60,670 nucleotides of DNA from positions 1 to 60,670 of the forward strand of contig WFXA01000222.1 of the NCBI GenBank assembly GCA_015490835.1. Reading direction: 5' to 3'. Made by a program: the position numbers and the translations under genes. The notes below the pieces were generated by a model. It had not been told where the DNA came from. It did no database searches and saw only the letters and a list, made by a program, of their open reading frames with translations. Source of the DNA: Flavobacteriaceae bacterium. Lineage in GTDB: Bacteria; Bacteroidota; Bacteroidia; Flavobacteriales; Flavobacteriaceae. This document shows positions 8,488-18,672 of this stretch, one piece after another; position 1 is the first letter of the stretch, and each line of letters starts with the position of its first letter.

Positions 8488-10203
8488 TTATAATTTTATA
8501 AATTTTACTATGCTTTTATTATTTTTTTTATCAAGAATAGATATAAAATAAACACCTTGAGATAGGTTGGAAACGTTAATTTGCTCATTGCTTCTATAAG
8601 TGTTTTGTTTTAATAATTGTCCTAAGTTGTTATAAATTTTATACTCTTTAACAAATTTGTTTTCGGTGTTTATTTTTAAAACATTACTGGCCGGGTTGGG
8701 AAAAACAGATATTTTATTTTTATCAAATTCTAAAATATTAAGCACTCCGTATTCAAAAGCACCTAAGTCAAAAACACCATCTACTGCGTTACGCGGTTCA
8801 ACATTTGCATGAATTACGTACTGTTGGTTTAAAGGGAAATTGTCGGTTATTTCGGGAGGAAAATCACCCGACATATTAACGCAATCTGATGTTTCGAGCA
8901 GTTTAAAATTTTCTGTGGTTTCGTCTTCAAATCCAGGGTCTGTTCCTGTTATGGGATTGGTGTTGTAAATAATTTGAGCGGCAGACCCATATCCCAACTC
9001 TTCATATCCTTCTTGTATCCAGTTATTGGCGTAATATGTAAGAGTGCCACCGTCACGCATCATTTGTAAATTGGTAGTTCCGGATTTTCTAATTATATTG
9101 TTGTACATCGCTACCGTTCCCTCAGTTGTGGTTGGGTCATAATCATCCGTAACATCGAAGAGTCTTATATTCCACCAAGTAGTTTCGTCGCCTTCAATAT
9201 AAACGGTGTTGTTATAAAAATATAATGTTCCTCTTTTTGCTTCTACGGGAGTATTATCAAAACCAAAGTGAATAAGGTTAGAGCCAAACGGGTCGTTTTC
9301 TAAATAATTGGTGATAATGTTCCCATAGACATAAACATCATGATAGTCGGGTTCGTTCATAAAAATAGGTGCTGCATCTTCTGTTTCAACAAGGTCTAAT
9401 ATTCTGGCGGCACCTTCAATCCAGTTATAACGAATGATAGTTCCGGAAGAGCGATCTTTAATATTTGCACCGACAGAACCTGCTATCGGACTCCCAAAAT
9501 AGTTGTATTGTATGATAGTTCCGGCAGATTGTATGTAAATATTGTGTTCTGTACCGTCGCTTCCGGCGTTACCGTTTCCCCATATTTGATTGTATTCAAT
9601 AAGCGTGTTTCGAGAAATTTCTCCTTCGGTTGCACCGTTGCTGTTGGTAAATATTGCTTGCGCGTTATCGTGTATTTTACAATGCCTTATGGTTAAATCA
9701 TCAGCAACCAAAGCATGTATTGCAGAAGAAAAACTATTGTAGTTTCGTGTGTTTCCAAATTGGTCGGTAAATGTATTTGATGGTTTGGTTCCGGTAAGTT
9801 CTAAATATTCAAAAATAATGTGATGCGGATTGTAGTCGTAGTAATCGTCATCGGGACCTCTGTTTATTAAAAAAAGACCTAAGTCTTCTGTCCATTGGCT
9901 ACTAAAATAGCCTACAAATTGAGCGTTGGTTACAGCATTTTCTCCTGTAATTACGGGTAATTCTCCATTTGCATTTGGAATACCTCGAATAACCACGGGA
10001 TTCGATTGTGTTCCTTGCGCACGTATAAATATTTTTTCGGCATAAGGTGTACTTCGCCAATGTATTGAAACGGTGTCTCCCGCAGTTAAAGAAACCCAAG
10101 GTACTTCGCCGAGTTCGGTATAAGTTTGACCCGGTCCAACATGGTAATTTGTTGCGTAAGTGATAGAAGAAATTAATAATAGAACTTTAAGTATTGTTTT
10201 CAT
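8488..10203 (-). CDS. T9SS-secreted beta-helix protein, paralog of 4780..6420
   Basis: Shares many motifs with 4780..6420; CTD FPNPASN...YNNLGQ...GVYFI...KFIKL. Start moved to ATG 10203 (MKTILKVLLL signal peptide). Confidence 0.8.
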   Translation of the reverse strand: MKTILKVLLLISSITYATNYHVGPGQTYTELGEVPWVSLTAGDTVSIHWRSTPYAEKIFIRAQGTQSNPVVIRGIPNANGELPVITGENAVTNAQFVGYFSSQWTEDLGLFLINRGPDDDYYDYNPHHIIFEYLELTGTKPSNTFTDQFGNTRNYNSFSSAIHALVADDLTIRHCKIHDNAQAIFTNSNGATEGEISRNTLIEYNQIWGNGNAGSDGTEHNIYIQSAGTIIQYNYFGSPIAGSVGANIKDRSSGTIIRYNWIEGAARILDLVETEDAAPIFMNEPDYHDVYVYGNIITNYLENDPFGSNLIHFGFDNTPVEAKRGTLYFYNNTVYIEGDETTWWNIRLFDVTDDYDPTTTEGTVAMYNNIIRKSGTTNLQMMRDGGTLTYYANNWIQEGYEELGYGSAAQIIYNTNPITGTDPGFEDETTENFKLLETSDCVNMSGDFPPEITDNFPLNQQYVIHANVEPRNAVDGVFDLGAFEYGVLNILEFDKNKISVFPNPASNVLKINTENKFVKEYKIYNNLGQLLKQNTYRSNEQINVSNLSQGVYFISILDKKNNKSIVKFIKL

Positions 10204-10361
10204 AATTGTTAAAAATTTGCGTAAAAATAAGAATATTATAGACAAAATGAAAGTTTTATCGACAAACAACAGGTTTTTGGTGGGGTGAAAAAAAGTATAA
10301 GTGTTGGTTTTTTATAAGAAAAATCAATTCTATTGAATAACCAAAAAGATTCAGTCTTTAT

Positions 10362-12203
10362 TTATTCTTTAATAAATTTAATAAAAGTAGTTTTGTTTAA
10401 ACCTGAATGCAACAGTAAAAAATAAGTACCGGATGGTAGTTGTTCTATATTAATACTGTGTAAGGATACCGGTTTCTTTTTAACGATTTGTTGTCCGGAC
10501 AGGTTGAATATTTCGTAAAAAAACGCATCACTATTTAGGCTATAAATAGTTATATTGTTTTTAACAGGATTGGGAAAGAATGTGATAGGAACTGTATTAT
10601 TTTCTGAAACCGAAAGAAATTCGTCTTCAATATATAATTGTACACTGTCGGCAGTAATTGTATAATGGTCGTTTGGGGAAATGGTAATATCAATAGTTTC
10701 TTGTGGTTCTTGAATTAAATCGGGAAGTGCCGTAAAGGTATAAGTTGTTGAAGCCGCATTACTTGGTACAATTAGCGTTTTGGTAAAATAGGAATAATCC
10801 AATCTGTTTTGGGCGGTTCCGGAAACATTAAAATAAACACCCAACGGAAACGAAAAATCACTATCTGTTCTTTCTACGGTTAAGGATGCTGTATTACCAT
10901 TTCCGGTTTCATAAGCTGTATTGTTATAAGTTGAAACAGACAAATCTGCCAATGGCAAGGCATCAATGGTTTGTTGAGTAAAAGTAACGTTAACCAAAGG
11001 AGCTTCAATGTAAGAAGAAACGCCATTTGGATTATAAACAAAAAAGTTACCTGAAATATTCTCCACTTGTGAGGACCCTTCCCAATGTGTTATGTCTAAA
11101 AAATCTCTTGAAAAAAATCTGTCGTCTATATAAATATTATTAAATGAAACATTTCCTAACGGAAGTCCCGAATAGTCATATTGTTTTTGGATAAAAACGG
11201 GCATATCATAATTTCCTCCCGCAGTGCCTACATTTTTTATTACCAAGTCGTTAAACTCTAGTAAAAGTGATTCTCTTTTGTTTGAAAAGATAGCATTTCC
11301 GGGTTGGTTTTCAATAAGGCATCTGTTGAACAGAACTTGACCGGACACCGGTCCGCTTGAGTTAACGTCTATAACAACGCCTTGATTTTGGTTAGAACCT
11401 ATGTAGCAATCTTCAACGGTTACATCAACCGGCTGTGAGGTCTCATCTAACATCCATAAAGCTACCAGTACACCTCCGCCTTCGTTTCCGGTTATTCGGC
11501 ATTGTTTTATTTGTATATTGTTTAAAACATCGTAAGCCATATCGGGTTCCAAGTCTATTCCGAAGGCAGGTGGAGTGCCTTCGGTATTGGTGATTTTGCA
11601 GTGTTCAATAAGAACATTTTCGGCAGAAGTAATACTAATGCCTTGTCTGTAATTATTGTTTATTTTACAGTCTTTAATATGAATGTTGGTGCTTGGAACG
11701 GGTTGTTGCCATAAACCGCTTATTTCTATTCCGTCGCCACCACTATCTATAAGCTCAAGACCAAAAATACTGAAATTATCACAACCCGAAATTGAAATAA
11801 CATGCCGCCACTCACTGCCGTCATTTAGGTCTATATACTCTTGTTTATTCATTTTTAAAGTTGCTCCGTAACCTTGAAGCGAAATGTTTGAGCAATTAAT
11901 AAATGTAAAGAGTCCGTTGTACAAATAACCATCAAAAGCACCCGGCAAGGCTTCAACGGTAACATTTTTTTCAAAAATAACCACTTTATTATTTACAGTG
12001 TCGTCAAAAACTAAGGGTCCTGATATCCAGTTTCCGGCTTGTAAGTCTATATACAACGTATCAACATTTGCTGTGAAGGCTTGTTGTAGCGCATAGGTGT
12101 CGTCTATGCCGTTCCACCCAAAAGAAGAGGCTGTTATTGAAGTGGCAAACATCTTAAAAGTAAGAAAGCCCAATAATAATATTAATAATGAAAACCGGTA
12201 CAT
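10362..12203 (-). CDS. T9SS-secreted beta-helix protein with a Calx-beta-like domain
   Basis: DDTYALQQA start, GGDGIEI, NNYRQGISITS, GIDLEPD beta-helix motifs; LTVERT...VSGTA...DY...EPQETI (Calx-beta-like); CTD FPNPVKN...FNLSGQ...GTYFL...KFIKE. Confidence 0.78.
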   Translation of the reverse strand: MYRFSLLILLLGFLTFKMFATSITASSFGWNGIDDTYALQQAFTANVDTLYIDLQAGNWISGPLVFDDTVNNKVVIFEKNVTVEALPGAFDGYLYNGLFTFINCSNISLQGYGATLKMNKQEYIDLNDGSEWRHVISISGCDNFSIFGLELIDSGGDGIEISGLWQQPVPSTNIHIKDCKINNNYRQGISITSAENVLIEHCKITNTEGTPPAFGIDLEPDMAYDVLNNIQIKQCRITGNEGGGVLVALWMLDETSQPVDVTVEDCYIGSNQNQGVVIDVNSSGPVSGQVLFNRCLIENQPGNAIFSNKRESLLLEFNDLVIKNVGTAGGNYDMPVFIQKQYDYSGLPLGNVSFNNIYIDDRFFSRDFLDITHWEGSSQVENISGNFFVYNPNGVSSYIEAPLVNVTFTQQTIDALPLADLSVSTYNNTAYETGNGNTASLTVERTDSDFSFPLGVYFNVSGTAQNRLDYSYFTKTLIVPSNAASTTYTFTALPDLIQEPQETIDITISPNDHYTITADSVQLYIEDEFLSVSENNTVPITFFPNPVKNNITIYSLNSDAFFYEIFNLSGQQIVKKKPVSLHSINIEQLPSGTYFLLLHSGLNKTTFIKFIKE

Positions 12204-12246
12204 TTAGAATAGGTTTATGTTAAAACGAAGGTAATAAAAAAAAACA

Positions 12247-14052
12247 TTAATCAGCTTCAAAAACATTATTTTCGGGATGTACATCTGCCATTAATTGTGT
12301 AGAATCTATTAATACAGCTTTAATGTTTTTTCCGGATTTAATATCAAAAGAATAAATAGGATATGCCCAAGCCCAATCTTTTAAAACGGTTCGTTTTAGT
12401 TCAGGAAACGGATTGCTTTTTTGAAAATACATCATTTGCAACGGAATATAAAACGACTCTTTGCTTCCGTCGTCATAAATTACATACAGGTCTATGGGCA
12501 TAGGAATTAGTCCTATTCTTTCTAAGGTAATCGTGTTAGTACCATTTTCGGTTTTTACCTCTTTAATGGCGTAGTCTATTGTGTTTGTTGTTTGGGTAAA
12601 ATCGGTTAAATACCAATGTAATGAAGCACCCGAAACTTTTTCGGCGACTCTAATAAAGTCATTGGGCGTTGGGTGTTTAAATGCCCATTGTATAAAATAT
12701 CTTTTTAAGGTTTTTGAAACATTTTCTTTTCCGATAAGGTAGTTTAACTGAGCCAAAAACACTTCACCTTTGCTGTACGCACTAATACCGTAATTCATAT
12801 TTGTTGCATACCTGTCTGCGTGGGTTGATAAGGGCTGTTCTTTTCCGCTATTAGCAAGGTATGCATAATTAGCATAAGCACTTATAAAGGGGTTTTCTTT
12901 GTTTTCTTCCATTACCACATTCATCGCTATATCTGAAATATAAGAAGTAAATCCTTCGTCCATCCATTCGTGCTGACTTTCGTTTGTTGCCAATAAAAAC
13001 TGAAACCAAGAGTGTGCCAATTCGTGTGAGGTAACTCCAACCAAGCTGCTAAATTTTCTTTCGCCGGTAATGAGTGTACACATAGCGTATTCCATTCCTC
13101 CGTCTCCGCCTTGAATTACCGAATATTGTTTGTAAGGATAGTCGCCTATGGTTTTGTTAAAAAACTCCATTAATTGGGCGGTTTTGGGCTGAAGACTTTT
13201 CCAGTTTTCTATAATTTCAGGATTGTTTTTATAATAAAAATTTAGCGTTACCCCATTTGGTCCGGGATAAGTGTCGTGAATATAGTCTTTATCTGCCGCC
13301 CACGTAAAATCATGAACGCTTGGTGCTTTATAATGCCATATACGTTTTCTTTTTTTTATTTTTTTAGCCAGCCCTTTTTTGTTAGAATTTTGTAAGTAAC
13401 CTGTGCCGCCAACAATAAAATCTTTATCTATTTTAATAGTTACATCAAAATCGCCCCAAACACCATGAAATTCTCTAGCAATGTACGGATCTGCATGCCA
13501 ACCCTCGAAGTCATACTCGGCAAGTTTTGGATACCATTGGGTCATTGAGTAAGCAACACCTTCTTTGTTGTATCTTCCGCTTCTGCGTATTTGCAGAGGC
13601 ACCTGTGCATCCCACTTCATGGTAAAAAGAGTTTCGCTTCCCGGTAGTATAGGAGTATTTAATTGCACTTCCAGAATGGTTCCTTTTTCGTTATAAGAGA
13701 CATCTACTCCGTCTTGTTTAAGCGAATTAACTTTAATATAACCTATTTCTGAAGGAGAAAGTTTAGAAATTCTATCTCCCACTCTTCTATCAGGATCGAG
13801 AATGGTTTGTGAACGCACATCCATTTCGCTTCCGGGTTGAAAAGCATTAAAATACAAATGATAAAAAACTTTATATAATGTATCGGGAGAGTTATTTTTA
13901 TAAGTTAATTCTTGTTTTCCTTCATAGGTGTGATTCGTAACGTCAAAATCAATGTCCATTTTATAATTTACATATTGTTGCCAATAAGAACAATTATTTT
14001 GAGCCACAAGAGCCGAAGTTGCAAAAAGGAACAGATAGAAAAGGTTTTTCAT
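12247..14052 (-). CDS. M1 family zinc aminopeptidase
   Basis: GGMEY exopeptidase motif, HELAH...WMDEG zinc motif, AYSKG; signal peptide. Confidence 0.93.
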   Translation of the reverse strand: MKNLFYLFLFATSALVAQNNCSYWQQYVNYKMDIDFDVTNHTYEGKQELTYKNNSPDTLYKVFYHLYFNAFQPGSEMDVRSQTILDPDRRVGDRISKLSPSEIGYIKVNSLKQDGVDVSYNEKGTILEVQLNTPILPGSETLFTMKWDAQVPLQIRRSGRYNKEGVAYSMTQWYPKLAEYDFEGWHADPYIAREFHGVWGDFDVTIKIDKDFIVGGTGYLQNSNKKGLAKKIKKRKRIWHYKAPSVHDFTWAADKDYIHDTYPGPNGVTLNFYYKNNPEIIENWKSLQPKTAQLMEFFNKTIGDYPYKQYSVIQGGDGGMEYAMCTLITGERKFSSLVGVTSHELAHSWFQFLLATNESQHEWMDEGFTSYISDIAMNVVMEENKENPFISAYANYAYLANSGKEQPLSTHADRYATNMNYGISAYSKGEVFLAQLNYLIGKENVSKTLKRYFIQWAFKHPTPNDFIRVAEKVSGASLHWYLTDFTQTTNTIDYAIKEVKTENGTNTITLERIGLIPMPIDLYVIYDDGSKESFYIPLQMMYFQKSNPFPELKRTVLKDWAWAYPIYSFDIKSGKNIKAVLIDSTQLMADVHPENNVFEAD

Positions 14053-14069
14053 CGTTATAAAAAGTATAT

Positions 14070-14113
14070 AAAAACCTGTTAGAATTTGTTTAAAAACAAA
14101 AAATCTAACAGGC
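14070..14113 (-). terminator. Putative intrinsic terminator after the S8 peptidase gene
   Basis: CCTGTTAGA...TCTAACAGG stem with an inner TTTGTTT/AAACAAA pairing, followed by a T-run on the minus strand. Confidence 0.65.
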
Positions 14114-14123
14114 TTAATTATTT

Positions 14124-15794
14124 TTATTTGGTTTTACTTGCTAAAATAAGAGCGTTATAAAGATTTGCTATTTTTCCGGAAGTAGAAATATTTTGGAACG
14201 AATCTTTATTACTTGAGTCTCCACCAAGAATAACCTGAGTTTTAGGTGCCAAGCCACTATTCATAATAATGTTTTTTACTTTGGCAGCAGATAGTTTAGG
14301 AAAATAACTACGAATTACAGCAGCTAAACCGGCAACTTCGGGTGAAGCCATAGAAGTTCCTTGTAAAAAGCGATATTTGTCTTTTTGAATAGTTGACCAG
14401 ATTTTCATACCGGGCGAAAAAATATCTACACTGGTTTTTCCGTAGTTTGAAAAAGGAGCGACCATTTCGCTGCCGTATTTATAGTTTAATGCTCCAACGG
14501 TTAAAAATGTGTCACTAATTTCATCACCATTTAAAAGCTGATCGTTCGGATATACCTGTACGGTGTCAAGATTAACTCCATCATTTCCGGCAGCATTTAC
14601 AATTAACACATCGTTTTTTGCAGCGTATTTAATAGCGTCCCAAACCCACTCCGGGTGAGGTGAGAAATATTTTCCAAAACTTGTGTTAATAATTTTAGCA
14701 CCGTTGTCAACAGCATAACGTATAGCAAGAGCTATGTCTTTATCATACTCATCGCCGTCGGGAACAGCGCGGATAACCATAATTTCAACGTTTGAAGCAA
14801 CTCCGTCCATTCCTATTCCGTTATTTCTCTTTGCAGCAATGATACCGGCTACATGAGTTCCGTGCATAACGTCTTCCTCATCTTCTGTAGGTCCGTCAAC
14901 ATCGTTGTTCCCGTATTTGTTGTCTGAAAAATCATCGGGATTATCACCCAAAACGGCTCTAAAATCTTTTTTTAAATTTAAATGAGTTTCTAATTTTCCG
15001 CCGAAATAATCGATACCTTTTTGCAACTCTTCAATTACTCCCGAAATGGAGTCGCCATACAGAAGCATTTGCGAAAGCATAGCTATTTGCTGTTTTTCTG
15101 TTTCGGATGGGTTTTCGATAGCAGATAAATCCTGTGCGTTATAATCTTCTTTCCCTAACTTTTTGCTCATTGCTTCGTGAGCGGGTTTTAATTGCCCCAT
15201 TATTTGATCGAATCGCGTTTTATTAGTCAAAGCTTTTTGGTATTCTTTTTGATATTCGGCTTCTGCTTTTTTGTACCATCTAAATTCTTCAAGGTCGGTT
15301 GCACTAAAAGATGCTTCTGTTTTTCCCTCGTATTTTTTTCCGAGGGTTTTAACTATTCTGGTGTATTCAAGATTTTCGGTAACAATATCGCCTAAGAAAT
15401 TCCACCCGTGAATATCATCGATGTATCCGTTTTTATCATCATCTTTTCCGTTGCCGGGAATTTCGTCTTCATTTGTCCAGATAACATCTTTAAGATCTTC
15501 ATGTTCTATGTCAACGCCACTGTCTATAACAGCTACAATAACTTTTACGCCTTTTTTTCTGTTGTTAAGAATTTCTGAATATGCTTTATTTACACTCATT
15601 CCAGGTATGGTGTCGGCGACAAGGTCCATAGCCGGCCAATTTTTTAGTTGTGTTTCGTTTAAGTCGGTGATTTTTAACGGTTGCGTATCTATGTTTTCGA
15701 TAGGAGCAGAAATAATAGGTGCTACCGAGGTACCACAACCGGCAACGATTAATGTTGCGATTCCTGTAATAAATAAGAGTTTTAAAATTTTCAT
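14124..15794 (-). CDS. S8 subtilisin-family serine peptidase, lipoprotein
   Basis: Lipobox VAGC; catalytic triad motifs VIDSG, HGTHVAG, GTSMASP; oxyanion AAGN. Confidence 0.95.
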   Translation of the reverse strand: MKILKLLFITGIATLIVAGCGTSVAPIISAPIENIDTQPLKITDLNETQLKNWPAMDLVADTIPGMSVNKAYSEILNNRKKGVKVIVAVIDSGVDIEHEDLKDVIWTNEDEIPGNGKDDDKNGYIDDIHGWNFLGDIVTENLEYTRIVKTLGKKYEGKTEASFSATDLEEFRWYKKAEAEYQKEYQKALTNKTRFDQIMGQLKPAHEAMSKKLGKEDYNAQDLSAIENPSETEKQQIAMLSQMLLYGDSISGVIEELQKGIDYFGGKLETHLNLKKDFRAVLGDNPDDFSDNKYGNNDVDGPTEDEEDVMHGTHVAGIIAAKRNNGIGMDGVASNVEIMVIRAVPDGDEYDKDIALAIRYAVDNGAKIINTSFGKYFSPHPEWVWDAIKYAAKNDVLIVNAAGNDGVNLDTVQVYPNDQLLNGDEISDTFLTVGALNYKYGSEMVAPFSNYGKTSVDIFSPGMKIWSTIQKDKYRFLQGTSMASPEVAGLAAVIRSYFPKLSAAKVKNIIMNSGLAPKTQVILGGDSSNKDSFQNISTSGKIANLYNALILASKTK

Positions 15795-15803
15795 AATTTG
15801 AAT

Positions 15804-16661
15804 TTAAAAAAGTTCGTTAAATGTAAAAGATTGATCAAGTCTAACACCTTTTTCGGTGTGCTTTACGGTTATAATCGGGTTATGAGCATCGTGCTCGAGA
15901 AACAAATAAAAGTTGTTGTCTGCCGCAAGGGTTAAGAATTTTTCCTTTTCGGGTAATGTTAATAAAGGTCTGGTATCGTATCCCATAATGTATGGAAGCG
16001 GAAGATGTCCTGCTGTGGGTAAAAGGTCTGCCATAAAAGCGATGGTTTTGTTTTTGTACTTTATAATAGGAATCATTTGTTTTTCGGTATGACCGTCTGC
16101 AAAGAAGATGCTAAATCCCAAAGGCGAATTTTCGCTAAAGTCCGAAACCGGATTATCTACAAATCGTAATTGCCCGCTTTCTTGCATAGGAAGAATGTTT
16201 TCTTTTAAAAAAGAAGCACGCTCTCTTCGGTTTGGGTTTGTTGCCCATTTCCAGTGTCGCACATTACTCCAAAAAGCGGCGTTTTTAAAAGCAGGTTCGT
16301 AACCACTATGGTCTTTATTCCATTGAATGCTTCCGCCACAGTGATCAAAATGCAGGTGGGTTAAAAAAACATCGGTTACATCATCTTTATGAAAACCATA
16401 TTTTGCCAGTGATTTTTCTAATGTATAATCTCCCCAGCGGTAGTAATAGCTAAAAAATTTATCGCTTTGTTTGTTTCCCATTCCGGTATCGATAAGGATT
16501 AATTTATCACCGTCTTCAATCAACAAACACCTGGCAGCAATGTCAATCATATTATTAGCGTCTGCCGGGTTGGTTCTTGACCATAGTGTTTTTGGCACCA
16601 CACCAAACATAGCACCACCGTCTAACTTAAAATTTCCGGCTTCAATGGGATATAAATTCAT
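15804..16661 (-). CDS. MBL-fold metallo-hydrolase
   Basis: LDGGAMFGVVP, IDTG, THLHFDHCGG, GHT, EHD motifs. Confidence 0.93.
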   Translation of the reverse strand: MNLYPIEAGNFKLDGGAMFGVVPKTLWSRTNPADANNMIDIAARCLLIEDGDKLILIDTGMGNKQSDKFFSYYYRWGDYTLEKSLAKYGFHKDDVTDVFLTHLHFDHCGGSIQWNKDHSGYEPAFKNAAFWSNVRHWKWATNPNRRERASFLKENILPMQESGQLRFVDNPVSDFSENSPLGFSIFFADGHTEKQMIPIIKYKNKTIAFMADLLPTAGHLPLPYIMGYDTRPLLTLPEKEKFLTLAADNNFYLFLEHDAHNPIITVKHTEKGVRLDQSFTFNELF

Positions 16662-16826
16662 TTCTAAATAAAAGACTGCGCAAGTTACTAAAACTGAATA
16701 AAATTACAACAATCAATATTATTTTATTCAGATTATGCGCACTTAGCTTATGTAAAGTCTTTTAAAACTAACAAAAAATAGTATGCTCATTTAAGAATAT
16801 TTAGTATTTTAACCCAAATTTTTTAA

Positions 16827-18653
16827 ATGACAGAATTAGCAGGAATTATAATTTTAGGTATAGTAGCACAATGGATAGCTTGGCGGTTTAAAATACCGGC
16901 TATTTTACCGCTTATAATAATAGGCTTATTGGTAGGACCTCTTGCCACCGAATTTTTTACGGCAGACGGAAGCAAAATAATTGAACCGGTTTGGAATGGT
17001 AAAGAGGGGCTTTTTGCGGGAGAAACATTGTACTATTTTGTTTCATTGGCTATTAGTATTATTCTTTTTGAAGGAGGATTAACTTTAAAATTGGATGAGG
17101 TTAAAAATGTAGGTTCAGTCATTAGTAGGTTAATAACACTGGGATCTGCCATTACTTTTTTTGGAGCAGCAGTAGCCGCACATTATATTTTTGATCTTAG
17201 ATGGGATATATCCTTTTTGTTTTCGGCACTTATAATTGTTACCGGACCTACTGTTATCACACCTATCTTGAGAAATATTCCGCTAAAAAAAGATGTTTCG
17301 GCAATACTAAAATGGGAAGGAATTTTAATTGACCCGATAGGTGCTCTTGTAGCGGTATTGGTGTTTGAGTTTATTAGTATAGAGGGTGGAGGAGAGTTTA
17401 CTAAAACCGCCTTAATAGAGTTTGGAAAAATAGTTCTTTTTGGTTTTACAATAGGTTTTACAATTGCACACGGATTAAACTATGCGATGAATAAAAAATG
17501 GATTCCGCATTATTTGTTAAATGTATCGGCTCTGGCATCGGTGCTGGGAGTTTTTGTACTTTCAGATATTTTTGCTCATGAGTCCGGCTTGTTGGCTGTT
17601 GTTATTATGGGAATGGTTATGGGAAATTCCAACAGCAAACACATTAAAGACATTTTATATTTTAAAGAGTCATTAAGCGTATTGCTCATCTCAATTCTTT
17701 TTATCCTGCTTGCCGCCAATATTAATATGAAAGATATATGGTTGGTTTATAACTGGAAAACAGCCTTGCTTTTTGTTATTATAGTTTTTGCTATAAGACC
17801 GCTTGGAGTTTTCTTAAGCACTATAAAATCTCATTTAAAAATCAACGAAAAATTATTTATTAGTTGGGTCGGTCCCAGAGGAATTGTAGCAGCAGGAATA
17901 GCCTCTCTTTTCGGATTAAAATTAGCAGAAAAAGGTGTCTCGGGAGCAGAGTACATTACACCTTTGGTTTTTATGGTTGTGCTGGGAACCGTATTGTTAA
18001 ATGCAACTACCGCACGAATGTTTGCTAAAATAGCCGGTGTATTTTTAAAAAAATCTGAAGGTATTTTAATCATTGGAGCTTCTGAAGTGTCCAGAATTAT
18101 TGCAAAATATCTTCAAAATAACGGCAGGCACGTAGTCTTGATAGATAGCAACCCGGACAATATTATTAAAACAAAAGAGCTGGATATTGAGGCAATAAAT
18201 GCTAATGTATATTCAGACTCTCTGGAGGATAATATCGAGTTAAACGATATGGGCTACCTCTTAGCCCTAACAGCAAATCCGGATATAAATAAGTATGCTG
18301 TTGATAAGTTTAAAGACCAGTTTGGAGAAAATGGAGCTTACCGGTTAGTCTCTGTTGAAGAAATAACAGATAATCAAAATAACCCGAAAGACGGACTTTT
18401 TTCGCACACAGACGATTATGATTCAATTGCCAAAACAGCACACGAACACCCCAATATTTATGAAATAGAAATACAAAACAAAGAGCATTACAAAAAACTA
18501 ATAGATATTACCGAAAAAGACAAAGATATTATTCCGCTATTCCTAAAAAATGCAAATGGAGAGTTTGAAATTATCACCTCTTTTAATAAAGATATAAATA
18601 TCGAAAACGGTCGGAAATTGGTTTTACTAGGGAAACATATTCCTAAGGAATAA
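16827..18653 (+). CDS. CPA1/NhaP-type cation:proton antiporter with a C-terminal RCK/TrkA-N-like domain
   Basis: ILFEGGL, VTGPTVI, WEGILIDP, GPRGIVAA motifs, many TM helices, soluble IIGA...VLIDSN tail. Confidence 0.92.
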   Translation: MTELAGIIILGIVAQWIAWRFKIPAILPLIIIGLLVGPLATEFFTADGSKIIEPVWNGKEGLFAGETLYYFVSLAISIILFEGGLTLKLDEVKNVGSVISRLITLGSAITFFGAAVAAHYIFDLRWDISFLFSALIIVTGPTVITPILRNIPLKKDVSAILKWEGILIDPIGALVAVLVFEFISIEGGGEFTKTALIEFGKIVLFGFTIGFTIAHGLNYAMNKKWIPHYLLNVSALASVLGVFVLSDIFAHESGLLAVVIMGMVMGNSNSKHIKDILYFKESLSVLLISILFILLAANINMKDIWLVYNWKTALLFVIIVFAIRPLGVFLSTIKSHLKINEKLFISWVGPRGIVAAGIASLFGLKLAEKGVSGAEYITPLVFMVVLGTVLLNATTARMFAKIAGVFLKKSEGILIIGASEVSRIIAKYLQNNGRHVVLIDSNPDNIIKTKELDIEAINANVYSDSLEDNIELNDMGYLLALTANPDINKYAVDKFKDQFGENGAYRLVSVEEITDNQNNPKDGLFSHTDDYDSIAKTAHEHPNIYEIEIQNKEHYKKLIDITEKDKDIIPLFLKNANGEFEIITSFNKDINIENGRKLVLLGKHIPKE

Positions 18654-18672
18654 AGAAGGGGGTTTAATCAGC

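Noticed and set aside
16827-18653. NhaP antiporter as part of the kor-nuo module
   Set aside because: It is convergent, not co-transcribed, and is a common Flavobacteriaceae gene; only adjacency links them.
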